Shown here piece by piece: positions 48,946-58,636 of a DNA stretch of 64,000 nt. Numbering within the stretch: position 1 is the stretch's first letter; the number at the start of each line of letters is the position of its first letter. The DNA lies in contig JAOUFI010000005.1 of the NCBI GenBank assembly GCA_029858305.1, positions 18,508 through 82,507 on the forward strand, written 5' to 3'. The position numbers and the translations under genes are program-made. Origin of the DNA: Candidatus Thorarchaeota archaeon (lineage in GTDB: Archaea > Asgardarchaeota > Thorarchaeia > Thorarchaeales > Thorarchaeaceae). The notes beneath the pieces were generated by a model that saw only the letters and a list, made by a program, of their open reading frames with translations, searched no databases and had not been told where the DNA came from.

Positions 48946-49653
48946 ATGATTCAAACAATAGATATGATCATTCGAGAGGTTCATGCTGGTCTATGGTTTC
49001 TCGTAGTCGGCTATTACTTCTTCATCTTCATCTTCCTACTTTTCTTCAGATGGAGAAACACAAGGAATCCATTCCAGTTTGCCATGGCTCTATTCTTCCT
49101 TCTATTGGCCATAGGCCGGTGTTTCTACTTCGTTGGCGATTTTTATGCCGATCCCCGCAGCCTATCAGGAACTCTTACGCCCTTTCTAGGTGTTTCTGAT
49201 TTCTGGTTAATGGCAGGTTCCTTTATCCAATGGATGGCATTGGCAACACTATCCGCTACAGCTGGTTTCATGATAATTGGCAAGAGATGGGCTGAGATAG
49301 CATTTGCAGTGCCTGCAGTTCTAATTGGTATCATACTCGGCTTTGTGCCTCTTGATGCGACAACTAGGGGATTACTCTCTGGCGGTGCGGGAGCAATCTA
49401 TGCACTATTCATTCCGCTGCTATTCTGGTATTTGGCATGGCAATCTGGTGGAAAACTACGTCGGTCCAATATTCTATTGGGTTTAGGCTTCTTTATACTC
49501 TTCGCAGGCAGAGTGATTCATGCAATAAGGTACCCGATGGCTGACACTATGTTTAGTGGTTCTGTTGCGATTCCAGGCGTAATTGCTCCTGGTCTAATTG
49601 TTATCGGATTGATATTGATAGCTACAGGAAATGAATGGGGCCAAACAGGGTAA
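48946..49653 (+). CDS. multi-pass (about 7 TM) membrane protein
   Basis: about seven hydrophobic segments. Confidence 0.8.
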   Translation: MIQTIDMIIREVHAGLWFLVVGYYFFIFIFLLFFRWRNTRNPFQFAMALFFLLLAIGRCFYFVGDFYADPRSLSGTLTPFLGVSDFWLMAGSFIQWMALATLSATAGFMIIGKRWAEIAFAVPAVLIGIILGFVPLDATTRGLLSGGAGAIYALFIPLLFWYLAWQSGGKLRRSNILLGLGFFILFAGRVIHAIRYPMADTMFSGSVAIPGVIAPGLIVIGLILIATGNEWGQTG

Positions 49654-49715
49654 TCACAAGATGGAACAAGCAGGTGGAATTTTTCATCTGGAATATATGT
49701 GATTATAGAATTAGC

Positions 49716-50327
49716 TTATCCGATTTCCTTCCATTCTAGTATTTTCATGTCTTCTAGCGTGTGAAGCGATTTTTGGACTTCTTTCATGTGTTTGCCTAAT
49801 TGATCTGCAATATCAAGTGCAGTCAACTTACCTTTACACATCTTCGCAACATCATAGGTGTCCTGACTCATTTGTCCAAGTCTGACAAGCATCGGTGAAA
49901 CATTTCCTTTGAGTATTGGCACAAGAATCTTAGTTTCAGAGGCATGGCCTTCTTTTGTGATCTCGTCAAGTTTCATGTAGAATGTTTCGAAAGGCTCTAA
50001 GTTTCCATCCCAATCTGCAAGCATTGATCCATACATCTTGACAAATTCATTATTTACCTCGGCAAGTACTGCCATTGCGGCATTTCCATCGTCGACTTTG
50101 TCAACAGTAGCTGCTACAATGACATTATCTTTTAGGGAGAGACAAATGTCGAACGCACCGAAGTCAATAACATGTACTCGATTTCCATCACTCAACTCTC
50201 GACCGAATTGAATTAGGGCAGTTAGGAATCCACTGATTAAATTAGGGTCCATATCTGCTGATCCATATTTCCTATCTAGAACACACAGACCACTGTCAGC
50301 TACTAATATGTAGACAGCTTGAATCAA
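49716..50327 (-). CDS. longin-like domain plus C-terminal wHTH
   Basis: IQAVYIL..SGLC...D.NLISGFLTALIQFGREL...F...Y; C-terminal LTALDIADQL...LEDMKIL; TTG start 50327 after GGAG. Confidence 0.78.
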   Translation of the reverse strand: MIQAVYILVADSGLCVLDRKYGSADMDPNLISGFLTALIQFGRELSDGNRVHVIDFGAFDICLSLKDNVIVAATVDKVDDGNAAMAVLAEVNNEFVKMYGSMLADWDGNLEPFETFYMKLDEITKEGHASETKILVPILKGNVSPMLVRLGQMSQDTYDVAKMCKGKLTALDIADQLGKHMKEVQKSLHTLEDMKILEWKEIG

Positions 50328-50456
50328 TGCACATCTCCAACTGCTATAGTTTGAAACCAATTAGCTCGCATGGCTTTATAGAACTTTATGTGGCCTCCTC
50401 TTTTGAGAGGAGAGGTTTATCTATCCTCCATGTTTTCTAAAAATTCGGTGAGTTGA

Positions 50457-51155
50457 TTGGACACCGCAAAGGATGCAAGAATTCTTGTCATGGAAGATGC
50501 ATTGCGTCGACTAAATGACATCATTGGAAACAGAAAACTGAAGTTTCATGTTGAATATTCCAAACTAGTAGAGCTTCTTCAACAGGTTGGCAGCTTAGTC
50601 TACGAAGTGAAGTATTCTTATATTTCTGCAGAAAAAGTAGCAGAGCTTGAGCCAACCAATAAAATTGTTGAGAGCATCAGCACATTCAGGAAATTGTTAG
50701 AACATTCTATCAAATCTACAGGATATAAGCCCACAACACCAAAAGAGGTTCTTACTCACGCTGAACTTTTCTACTGCTTTAGAATTATTGAGAGGTTCCA
50801 ATACAAACTACGGCATTATGATGATGACCCCGCGCACGCAGTAGATATTATTGCAATTGAGATTAGTCAGGCTCAACCAGTCGCAGACTCAAAAAACCTC
50901 ACAGAATGTCGTTGTACTGATGGTTCTAGGATTTGGAAGATACTTACAAATATTCATGGCATCAAGATTGGCACAAAACTCGCCTGTGCAGTCCTTCCTC
51001 CTGTCGAAATGATGAATATCATAAGTGAAGCCATGTTCCTCGGAGGGACTCCTTTGCCAGAATCTACAAAACTAGGCCTACTTGAAAATCCCAGCTCATC
51101 GATACTTGATCAGGCGCGAGCTCAAGTGCTATTAATAACCAAGAGGATGACTTAG
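50457..51155 (+). CDS. tRNA-binding OB-fold domain protein
   Basis: KILTN, AVLPP....IISEAMFLG. Confidence 0.75.
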   Translation: MDTAKDARILVMEDALRRLNDIIGNRKLKFHVEYSKLVELLQQVGSLVYEVKYSYISAEKVAELEPTNKIVESISTFRKLLEHSIKSTGYKPTTPKEVLTHAELFYCFRIIERFQYKLRHYDDDPAHAVDIIAIEISQAQPVADSKNLTECRCTDGSRIWKILTNIHGIKIGTKLACAVLPPVEMMNIISEAMFLGGTPLPESTKLGLLENPSSSILDQARAQVLLITKRMT

Positions 51156-51494
51156 ATGCACCTGAAAGAAATACAAGAAAAACTTCATAATTTTGAAAAG
51201 GCACGTGGTTGGAATAAATTTCCTGCATCGCTAGTGTTTACACATCTAATTGAAGAACTGGGAGAAATCTCAAGGCACATCACAGTGGAGGAAGGGTACA
51301 AAGCAATTGGCCTGGGCCATAAGGCTCCAGATAAATCAGAGCTTCATAGAGAATTTGCACAGGTCTTCAACCTCTTCGCACAACTTGCCAACCATTACAA
51401 GATTGACCTAGAAGCTAGCATTCTCTCAGAACTAGATATTATGGAGAAGCGATTTTCAACAGAGGAATGGTCTGAATACATGAAGGACCGGTGA
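51156..51494 (+). CDS. MazG-like nucleotide pyrophosphohydrolase
   Basis: RGW, LIEELGEI, EFAQV, LAN...IDLE. Confidence 0.85.
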   Translation: MHLKEIQEKLHNFEKARGWNKFPASLVFTHLIEELGEISRHITVEEGYKAIGLGHKAPDKSELHREFAQVFNLFAQLANHYKIDLEASILSELDIMEKRFSTEEWSEYMKDR

Positions 51495-51499
51495 GGGTT

Positions 51500-51931
51500 T
51501 CAACTCAGTTTTCTACTAGCTTCAAGTGCTTTCTTTGCCATATCTTCGAGATCTTTTGTAGCAGCGAGGAGCCCTAGTGCTTTATTGCGAACCTGAGTAA
51601 TATTCTTCTCCTTAGCCCATTGAGCTAAACCGGTTACAAGTGGACCAAGTGCTGTTCTTGCGGCTTCAACTGTACCTACTGCTTTTCCAAGAAGTTCGAC
51701 ACCATGCTTCTTATCTTTCCCAGCTTCCGCCACTCGTAACCATACGAGTGCATGAATCATGTATAATGCATCTAGCATTAGAGTAGGCGATTTAGGATTA
51801 TCTTGTACTTTTTTTAGAAGTCTTTCCTGCCTATCCTCAAAAACATCCTTGAAATAGCCAAAAGCCTTGCCATCATTTCCTTTATCAAGTTCAATGATAC
51901 CTTTCTGAAGTTTTTCGTCGCTCTCAGACAT
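51500..51931 (-). CDS. helical (TPR-like) hypothetical protein
   Basis: 143 aa, GGAG RBS. Confidence 0.7.
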   Translation of the reverse strand: MSESDEKLQKGIIELDKGNDGKAFGYFKDVFEDRQERLLKKVQDNPKSPTLMLDALYMIHALVWLRVAEAGKDKKHGVELLGKAVGTVEAARTALGPLVTGLAQWAKEKNITQVRNKALGLLAATKDLEDMAKKALEASRKLS

Positions 51932-52108
51932 TGTTGAAACACTCCTTGGTCAAACTATCTGTATGAATTGATGACTATGAACTCATCTATTATGAGTTTC
52001 GACTCTCTGTTTAAGGGTGTGTAACACCATAAAGGCTTCTCACAAAGCTCTTATGGCGGATTTTTTTTTTGGTAGACACATGCTGAGTGTGATTCTGGAG
52101 GTCATCGA

Positions 52109-53701
52109 ATGGTTAAAACCACTTTCACTTTTGAGGAATTGAAAAGGACAAATCACAAAGAAATCAAAGAGATGCAGGAGAAGAAATTCCGTGCATTTAT
52201 CAGATATCAGGTTTGGCCAAATCATGCCTATTATAGACGTCTTTTCAAGGAAAACAATGTTGATCCCTTCAACATAACCTGTTTTGAAGATTGGGCAAAG
52301 TACAATATTCCCTTAGTCAGAAAAACTGACTATAAGGATAATCTAACACAATTTGTGCTAAACCCCTCCCAAGTCGATGGCTCCGCTCGCGATCCTGCTG
52401 AGATTATTAGAAATATGATGAGCTACTCAAAGGAATCAGGAAATGCAGAGCAGTATAAGTTCCTCCGCAATAATGGAGCACGGGTGAAGCTTCATCTTGG
52501 CGGGGGAGCTGCAATGGAGCGACTCAAGCAACGCCTGACCTACAATTATGCACCCCTACAGTTCTGGCTCAGTTCTGGAAGAGCTTCTGGACTACCATCT
52601 CCAGTCTTCTTGACACGTTATGACAATCAATTGCTCGAAACAAATAGTGCAAAATGTGGTCAGCTGGCTATTGATAAATTTGCTAAAGACGGATGGGAAG
52701 CCTCTGCAATGAATCTATTCCCATATGCTCCTCATCTGGGTTGGCATGCAGTTAACGCTGGTCTGAAACAGATTAGCAAATTCTATATCGCAACAAGCGC
52801 AGGTGGCGCAATCCCAAGTGAAAAGCTTGTAGAACTCGCTTCAGTGTTCAAAGCTAACGCAATAACAGGAATGCCAAGTTATCTCAGAAATCGTTTCTTC
52901 AAAGCAATGGCTGAAGCCAAGTATGAAGCTCCCGAGAAGGTGGTCGTTCTTCTAGCAGGTGAGAAGATTTACCCTAGAGTTGCTGAGGACATAATCCAAA
53001 TACTCACAGAGAAGGGTGCAAAACAAATTCACCTCGTTGGAGGATATGCATCATCAGAAAGCAAGGTTTCATTCGCAGTGCAATGTGACTATCATGGTCC
53101 ATACCATAACTTGTCTCCGCTCATCATGTCTTGGGAGTTCGTTAGGCTTAATGCTGATGGAACCTATGAATTTGTAGACGAGGATGAATCTGGGCATACA
53201 CTTCTATTCCATCTGGATAGCACAGGAACGGTCTTTGAAGGTTTCTTGTTGGGGGATGTAGCATCAAAACACGAGGCTGGTAAGTGTCCAATCTGTGGTC
53301 TAGATGGTCAATTCTTCTGGGATATTGGACGTACGAACGATGCTCAGACACAACTAGATATCATGGGTTTGGCTGAGAAGAAGATCAAGGGTGCTACAGT
53401 AAATCTAACGGCGCTTCGAACTGATATCTTAAACTTGGGTGAGATTGAAGAAGTACAGATTGAAGTGGCAAAGGAGGATATGTCAGATCCCTATAGTATG
53501 GATGTGCTCAACCTCTATGTCGCTCCAAGAGGCCCCAAGACTTCTGATTACTCCTCATTGATTGCACAGGTTCAGAAGATCACAAAGACTAGTACTGAGG
53601 TAACACCTAAAGTTGTGATTATTGGATTCGAGGAGCTTGTGGAGAAAGCAGGTGGCATGAAATTCATGGAAATTATTGATAGTAGACCTAAACCTGCATA
53701 A
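52109..53701 (+). CDS. phenylacetate-CoA ligase-like AMP-binding protein
   Basis: YYRRLF, IPLVRK, SSGRASGLP, GMPSY, AGE, YASSE, GD, GR. Confidence 0.82.
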   Translation: MVKTTFTFEELKRTNHKEIKEMQEKKFRAFIRYQVWPNHAYYRRLFKENNVDPFNITCFEDWAKYNIPLVRKTDYKDNLTQFVLNPSQVDGSARDPAEIIRNMMSYSKESGNAEQYKFLRNNGARVKLHLGGGAAMERLKQRLTYNYAPLQFWLSSGRASGLPSPVFLTRYDNQLLETNSAKCGQLAIDKFAKDGWEASAMNLFPYAPHLGWHAVNAGLKQISKFYIATSAGGAIPSEKLVELASVFKANAITGMPSYLRNRFFKAMAEAKYEAPEKVVVLLAGEKIYPRVAEDIIQILTEKGAKQIHLVGGYASSESKVSFAVQCDYHGPYHNLSPLIMSWEFVRLNADGTYEFVDEDESGHTLLFHLDSTGTVFEGFLLGDVASKHEAGKCPICGLDGQFFWDIGRTNDAQTQLDIMGLAEKKIKGATVNLTALRTDILNLGEIEEVQIEVAKEDMSDPYSMDVLNLYVAPRGPKTSDYSSLIAQVQKITKTSTEVTPKVVIIGFEELVEKAGGMKFMEIIDSRPKPA

Positions 53702-53769
53702 GCGTTAGATTACTCTAGCATGATTCGATATAATGCGGAGCAATTATATCGACATACTGCATAATCAAT

Positions 53770-54726
53770 ATGCAGGGAGGATTTCAATTGGCGTTTGATG
53801 ATTTGGGAATGGACCCTTCAAAGCAATCTGCTCAGGACTACACTGTCAGCGCAACAGGTGTTGTATCAAGAACTTTTAGCGTCTGGATTCGCCAGATATC
53901 TCAGTACATCATCATTTTCGGTATTATAAGCGCAGTATTAACAGTGATTTCTTTCTTGATTCTCTTTACAGTATTCGAAAGAATAGGTGTCCTCGGAACT
54001 GATCCTTTGTCTTATTTTGTCAATATTTTTATTATGACTTCTCTTCCAGACCTAACTTTGATTGCAGTATCTTTACTCTTTGCAATTGTTGCTTTTATCA
54101 TCAATGCAATCCTTGGCGGGGCTGCTATCAAATTCGCTCTGGATGATTATAACGCACGTAGAGGAGACATCCGAACAAGCTTCTCTCACTCCTTTAGGAA
54201 GACCTTCAATATTATTGCAGTCCAATTAGTGATCTCGTTTTTCAGCTCAGTTCTTTTCTTACCAGGTTTCTATCTCCTTACTAATGCGATGATGAGCATT
54301 GACATCTCCGATCCTTTCAATCCAATCTTCCCTCCTGGTTCTATCGAGAACATGATGGCTGGTGCAAGTCTGACGTTAATTGGCGGAATCATTTTACTTT
54401 ATGTTTCAGCTAGGTTTGCTCCGACTCTGGCGGTTGTGATTGACACTGATCTGTCCGCAATTGGTTCGTTGAAGAAATCATGGAATCTTACAAGCGGGAA
54501 GGTATGGCATGTCCTAGGAAGTTGGATTCTCTTCGGTCTCGTTGTCGTTGTCTTGGGAGCGATAGTCGGTGCTGTTGGGTATTTTCTTCAACCCTATAAT
54601 CTCGTAATTGGTAGTATTGTATCTACGCTCCTATTTGGCGCATTGACCTTCATATTTCCAGTTGTCCTCTATCGCGATTTGAGTTCACGTGTAAAGGAAT
54701 CTTCCTTAGATGAACTCATGATATGA
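53770..54726 (+). CDS. multi-pass membrane protein
   Basis: several TM segments; SAIGSLKKSWNLTSGKVW, VLYRDL motifs. Confidence 0.8.
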   Translation: MQGGFQLAFDDLGMDPSKQSAQDYTVSATGVVSRTFSVWIRQISQYIIIFGIISAVLTVISFLILFTVFERIGVLGTDPLSYFVNIFIMTSLPDLTLIAVSLLFAIVAFIINAILGGAAIKFALDDYNARRGDIRTSFSHSFRKTFNIIAVQLVISFFSSVLFLPGFYLLTNAMMSIDISDPFNPIFPPGSIENMMAGASLTLIGGIILLYVSARFAPTLAVVIDTDLSAIGSLKKSWNLTSGKVWHVLGSWILFGLVVVVLGAIVGAVGYFLQPYNLVIGSIVSTLLFGALTFIFPVVLYRDLSSRVKESSLDELMI

Positions 54727-54808
54727 ACGCATTCATGCACACGTATACAGACTCTTTGGGTATTAGGAAGAGAGAATGATGCTGAGGGAATAAATCCTTC
54801 AGGTCACC

Positions 54809-56140
54809 TCATTTTAGATTATGCTTCTTCACAAATTCCGCAAGAACATCAACAAGATCTGGTTTGCCAATCTCTTGCAGGTTATATCTAACCCTTACAC
54901 TTGGCTTTGAGATCTTGATGACATGGCTCAAGTCTATTGGCGTTCCAATGACTATGGCGTCCACGTCAGACTTATTGATTGTCTGCTCAAGTTCAGTCAT
55001 TTGTTTTCTGCCATAGCCCATGGCTGGAAGGACTTTCTCAAGGTGATTATATTTCTCGAAAGTACCTTTGATACTTCCAACAGCGAATGGACGTGGATCA
55101 ACTATGATAGCTCCTGCTTTTCGTGCTGCTATGAAGCCTGCTCCATATGGCATGTCTCCATGTGTAACAGTTGGTCCGTCTTCCACTACGATGACACGTT
55201 TTCCACGGATGGATTCCATATTATCGATGATGAGTGGCGATGCAGCATCGATGATGATTGCATGTGGATTGACTGCCATGATGTTATCTCGGACCTTCTC
55301 AATATTTTCATAATCTGCTGTGTCAATTTTGTTTATGACAACAACATCTGCCATTCTCAGATTTGTTTCACCAGGATAGTATGATATCTCGTGGCCCGGT
55401 CGGTGTGGGTCAGTTATTACGATAAGCAAATCAGGCTTGTAGAAAGAGAAGTCATTGTTGCCGCCATCCCAAGTAATGATATCGGCTTCCTTCTCAGCTT
55501 GCTCGAGTATTTTTCCGTAATCCACTCCAGCATAGAGAACTACTCCCATGGTAATCATGGGCTCATATTCCTCGCGTTCCTCAATTGTACATCTATACTT
55601 GTCCATATCTTCAAGTTTTGCATATCTCTGTGCAATTTGGGTTGTGAGGTCTGGATCGTAGGGCATAGGGTGTCTGATATTGACTGGTTTGAGACCCAAG
55701 TCCAATAGAATCTGGTTGACGCGTCTCGATGTCTGGCTCTTTCCGCAACCGGTCCTCACAGCACAGACTGCTATGACAGGTTTCTTACTTTTTATTGAGG
55801 TGGTTTTTGGACCCATAAAACGAATGTCAGGACCTAGTTTGTTTACCCAAGCTATCTTGTGACCAACCACTTGATGTGGTAAATCGGAATATGCTAGGAT
55901 GCATTGTTCAACATCGAACTGTTTGATCAGTTCAGGTAGTTTTCCTTCAGGATATATTTTAATGCCTTTTGGATAGAGTGGTCCCGCAAGCTCTGGAGGG
56001 TACATTCGGTCTCCAATTCCGGGAATCTGCTCAGCAGTGAAGGCAACGACTTCATAATCTTCATTGTTTCGGAAGTAAACGTTGAAGTTATGGAAGTCAC
56101 GGCCAGCGGCACCCATGATAATAATTTTCTTTCTACTCAT
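54809..56140 (-). CDS. cyclic 2,3-diphosphoglycerate synthase-like P-loop protein
   Basis: GAAGRDFHNFN, RTGCGKSQT, RHPMPY, TIEEREEYE, WDGGNND, VEDGPT. Confidence 0.88.
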   Translation of the reverse strand: MSRKKIIIMGAAGRDFHNFNVYFRNNEDYEVVAFTAEQIPGIGDRMYPPELAGPLYPKGIKIYPEGKLPELIKQFDVEQCILAYSDLPHQVVGHKIAWVNKLGPDIRFMGPKTTSIKSKKPVIAVCAVRTGCGKSQTSRRVNQILLDLGLKPVNIRHPMPYDPDLTTQIAQRYAKLEDMDKYRCTIEEREEYEPMITMGVVLYAGVDYGKILEQAEKEADIITWDGGNNDFSFYKPDLLIVITDPHRPGHEISYYPGETNLRMADVVVINKIDTADYENIEKVRDNIMAVNPHAIIIDAASPLIIDNMESIRGKRVIVVEDGPTVTHGDMPYGAGFIAARKAGAIIVDPRPFAVGSIKGTFEKYNHLEKVLPAMGYGRKQMTELEQTINKSDVDAIVIGTPIDLSHVIKISKPSVRVRYNLQEIGKPDLVDVLAEFVKKHNLK

Positions 56141-56302
56141 TTTTGAGCCCAATCCCTATTTAGGTGGATTCCTACGAATCGGGCTCTAGGGGTAGGTTAA
56201 GAAATTGTTGGTCTAGTCAAGAAAACAGAAAATTGATGATTCAGACAACCTAAAATGAATTTTCGAATAGTTTTACTAGAATGGATTAATAGTAGGTATG
56301 CT

Positions 56303-56350
56303 TTCGGAAAATCGTAGTGAAAATCTTCCGAATCAACATTCGGAAAATCG
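56303..56350. promoter_or_regulatory. repeated TTCGGAAAATCG sites upstream of E2F-like gene
   Basis: direct repeats at 56303-56314 and 56339-56350; inverted TTCCGAA at 56326-56332. Confidence 0.5.
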
Positions 56351-56450
56351 AGCTACAAATGGAAGCAATACAAAGCATTAAATATGCCGTGCTTCAATAT
56401 GAAGAAATGTGCTCTTTTGAGCCTATTGCCGGATTGATAAGTGGGGTGCG

Positions 56451-57005
56451 TTGGTGAAGCTAGTTGAATTGGCTCTGGAGTCAGTGAGGATTCTGAAAGA
56501 GGCGGGAGAGGAAGGAATCAAGAGTGATGTTTTAGCTCAATGTCTTGAAACCCCTAAGCGAAGAGTGTATGATATTATTGCAGTATTGAAGGCACTAGGG
56601 CAAGTGGACACAAGTAGAAAATTCGATGGCACCACAATTGTGTGGATTGATCATTCCAAGGATTTTGTTGCTAAACAATCCTATGAAGAGCTAAGATTAC
56701 AACTTGCCCAAGAGAGCGAGGAGCGCAAGCAATTGCAAGTGCAGGTAGCTGAACTAAAGGAGCAACTCAGAATAACGAGATCCAAGCTTCGTAGGGATGT
56801 TCAAGCTGTGGAGATGGCTAACAAAACTGAGTTTTTGACAACGCAGCTACGTGTTCGTGCTCTCTCAAGTAATGGTATCAAACGCGTTAACCAATGTGGT
56901 ATAGAAGTTCTAATTGAGACCCATGAGTCTGGCATGGTTGTCGATCCATCTGAAATTGAAGCAGATGAAAATGAGGAACTTCTGAAGAGTTTGCAAAGGA
57001 CATAG
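56451..57005 (+). CDS. E2F/DP-like winged-helix transcription factor with coiled coil
   Basis: LA..LETPKRRVYDIIAVLKALGQV...IVW matches the E2F RRxYD motif; heptad repeat follows. Confidence 0.82.
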   Translation: MVKLVELALESVRILKEAGEEGIKSDVLAQCLETPKRRVYDIIAVLKALGQVDTSRKFDGTTIVWIDHSKDFVAKQSYEELRLQLAQESEERKQLQVQVAELKEQLRITRSKLRRDVQAVEMANKTEFLTTQLRVRALSSNGIKRVNQCGIEVLIETHESGMVVDPSEIEADENEELLKSLQRT

Positions 57006-57010
57006 GTTCA

Positions 57011-57397
57011 TCAAATTGTCTTAATTTCTACCAGACTCCCTCTTCGTACTTTCCTAAGTTGACTGATTTCATCATCGTCAGTAGTGATTTTTCCTAAGAT
57101 ATTGACCTGACTATAAGTGTGCATATTATCTAAATAGATGCAGAGTGAATCTCCGAGAGGTACATATGCAATATCACCTTTCTTTACATCATTTGTAGGT
57201 TTTGCATTTCCTTTCGAGATGCCGAGCGTAATCTGCATCTCATTGCGAACTACAGCAGCTCTACCTTCTATTGGAAGCCTTGACTTAATCTCTTCAACAA
57301 CAAGCGGGGCGAAGATTCGATTGATAGTTCCCTTAACTATGATGTCATCTTCAAAAATAAATTCAAGACGAATATCTGTATCACTCAAATCTGGCAT
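57011..57397 (-). CDS. cyclophilin-like fold protein (TM1367/DUF369 type)
   Basis: AP.....I...LP, VKKGDIAY.P.G.SLCIY, VNILGKI. Confidence 0.82.
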   Translation of the reverse strand: MPDLSDTDIRLEFIFEDDIIVKGTINRIFAPLVVEEIKSRLPIEGRAAVVRNEMQITLGISKGNAKPTNDVKKGDIAYVPLGDSLCIYLDNMHTYSQVNILGKITTDDDEISQLRKVRRGSLVEIKTI

Positions 57398-57471
57398 ATG
57401 ATTACCTCTGAATAAGGTCTTAAAATGTCCTGTGCTTAATTCTTCAGCAAAGGCTTAATTGGTCACATATC

Positions 57472-58623
57472 TTGCTAAATTTGGAGAGAATAAGACTGCC
57501 GTCTACAAAACTCGATGTTGCGTTTGTTGTCGACACAACTGGATCGATGAAAGATGATATTAGAGCAGTTAAGGATAGTCTATCCGAAATTGTAAACCAT
57601 ATAACGTCGAGAACGAAGGATCTTGAAATTAGATTTGGTGTTGTTTCATATCGTGATCATCCTCCACAGGATCGATCCTACGTGACTAAGGTATTTGATT
57701 TTACAGACCGTGTGAAGCGAGTCCAGAAACTTATTGCTGATCTTCAACCATCTGAGGGCGGCGACACTCCCGAAGCAGTTGCTGATGGTCTTTTCGATGC
57801 TCGTACCAAACTCTCTTGGGCGAAGGAAGCTTACAAAGTTCTACTTCTTGTGGGAGACGCTCCCCCACATGGAAAGAAATACAATGCAATTGGCGATGAC
57901 TATTTTGCTGATGGATGCCCACATGGATATGATCCAATTGAAGAAGTGCAGCAGTTAAGAAAAGATTTCGGAACGACGATGTTCATTTTCATCTGTGGTT
58001 GTAATCCTCTTGTTGAAACCTCATTCAGGCAGATAGCAGATTCTGTTGATGGTGGCAAATACTATTCCTTGTTAGAAGCTCATGAGCTTCCGGAAGCGAT
58101 ACTCCAGATATTAGAAGGAGTAAGTGATCTCATCGAGGCTGATAGAAAGGTATTGTCATACTATGAATCCAATGACGGTGTGTTCGATATGGGCGAGGCA
58201 GCTTCAACTCTGAATCTTGAAGTTCGAGAGCTGAAAACATCACTCTCTCGGCTTCTCGAATTAGGTAGGATTGTTCGATGGCCAAAGGGGAGACCCCTCT
58301 CGTCTGAGCAAATTGCGATTTCTGTTAAGCTTGGAGATATACCAAATAATATTGTAGCTGGAAAGGCATTCAACTACTCGATGAGAATAAAGAATCCAAG
58401 TGCAGCTGTCGCAGGTATTAGAGTAATTGCGTCTCTTGTTACATCAGACGGCGTATCTGAGGTCACGAATGAACGACATGACATTGCCGCAAAATCTGAT
58501 AAAATGCTCGAGCTAAAGCTTGTTGCAATGACCGATGTCAAAGGTAAGGCATCCTTGCGAATAGAGGTTTTCTACGGTTCAAAGTCTATCGCAACTGAAA
58601 TCTATCCGACCCGGATTTATTAA
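57472..58623 (+). CDS. vWA protein with intact MIDAS, wHTH and Ig-like C-terminus
   Basis: LDVAFVVDTTGSM, YRDH, GGDTPEAV..GL, GDAPPHG. Confidence 0.88.
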   Translation: MLNLERIRLPSTKLDVAFVVDTTGSMKDDIRAVKDSLSEIVNHITSRTKDLEIRFGVVSYRDHPPQDRSYVTKVFDFTDRVKRVQKLIADLQPSEGGDTPEAVADGLFDARTKLSWAKEAYKVLLLVGDAPPHGKKYNAIGDDYFADGCPHGYDPIEEVQQLRKDFGTTMFIFICGCNPLVETSFRQIADSVDGGKYYSLLEAHELPEAILQILEGVSDLIEADRKVLSYYESNDGVFDMGEAASTLNLEVRELKTSLSRLLELGRIVRWPKGRPLSSEQIAISVKLGDIPNNIVAGKAFNYSMRIKNPSAAVAGIRVIASLVTSDGVSEVTNERHDIAAKSDKMLELKLVAMTDVKGKASLRIEVFYGSKSIATEIYPTRIY

Positions 58624-58636
58624 AGGAGGCCTCTCA

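Noticed and set aside
50395-50412. CTCCTCT/AGAGGAG inverted repeat between divergent genes
   Set aside because: Short and low-complexity; could be an operator but is unsupported.
52061-52070. Poly-T run upstream of the AMP-ligase gene as a phase-variation tract
   Set aside because: It is intergenic and simple; nothing indicates variability.
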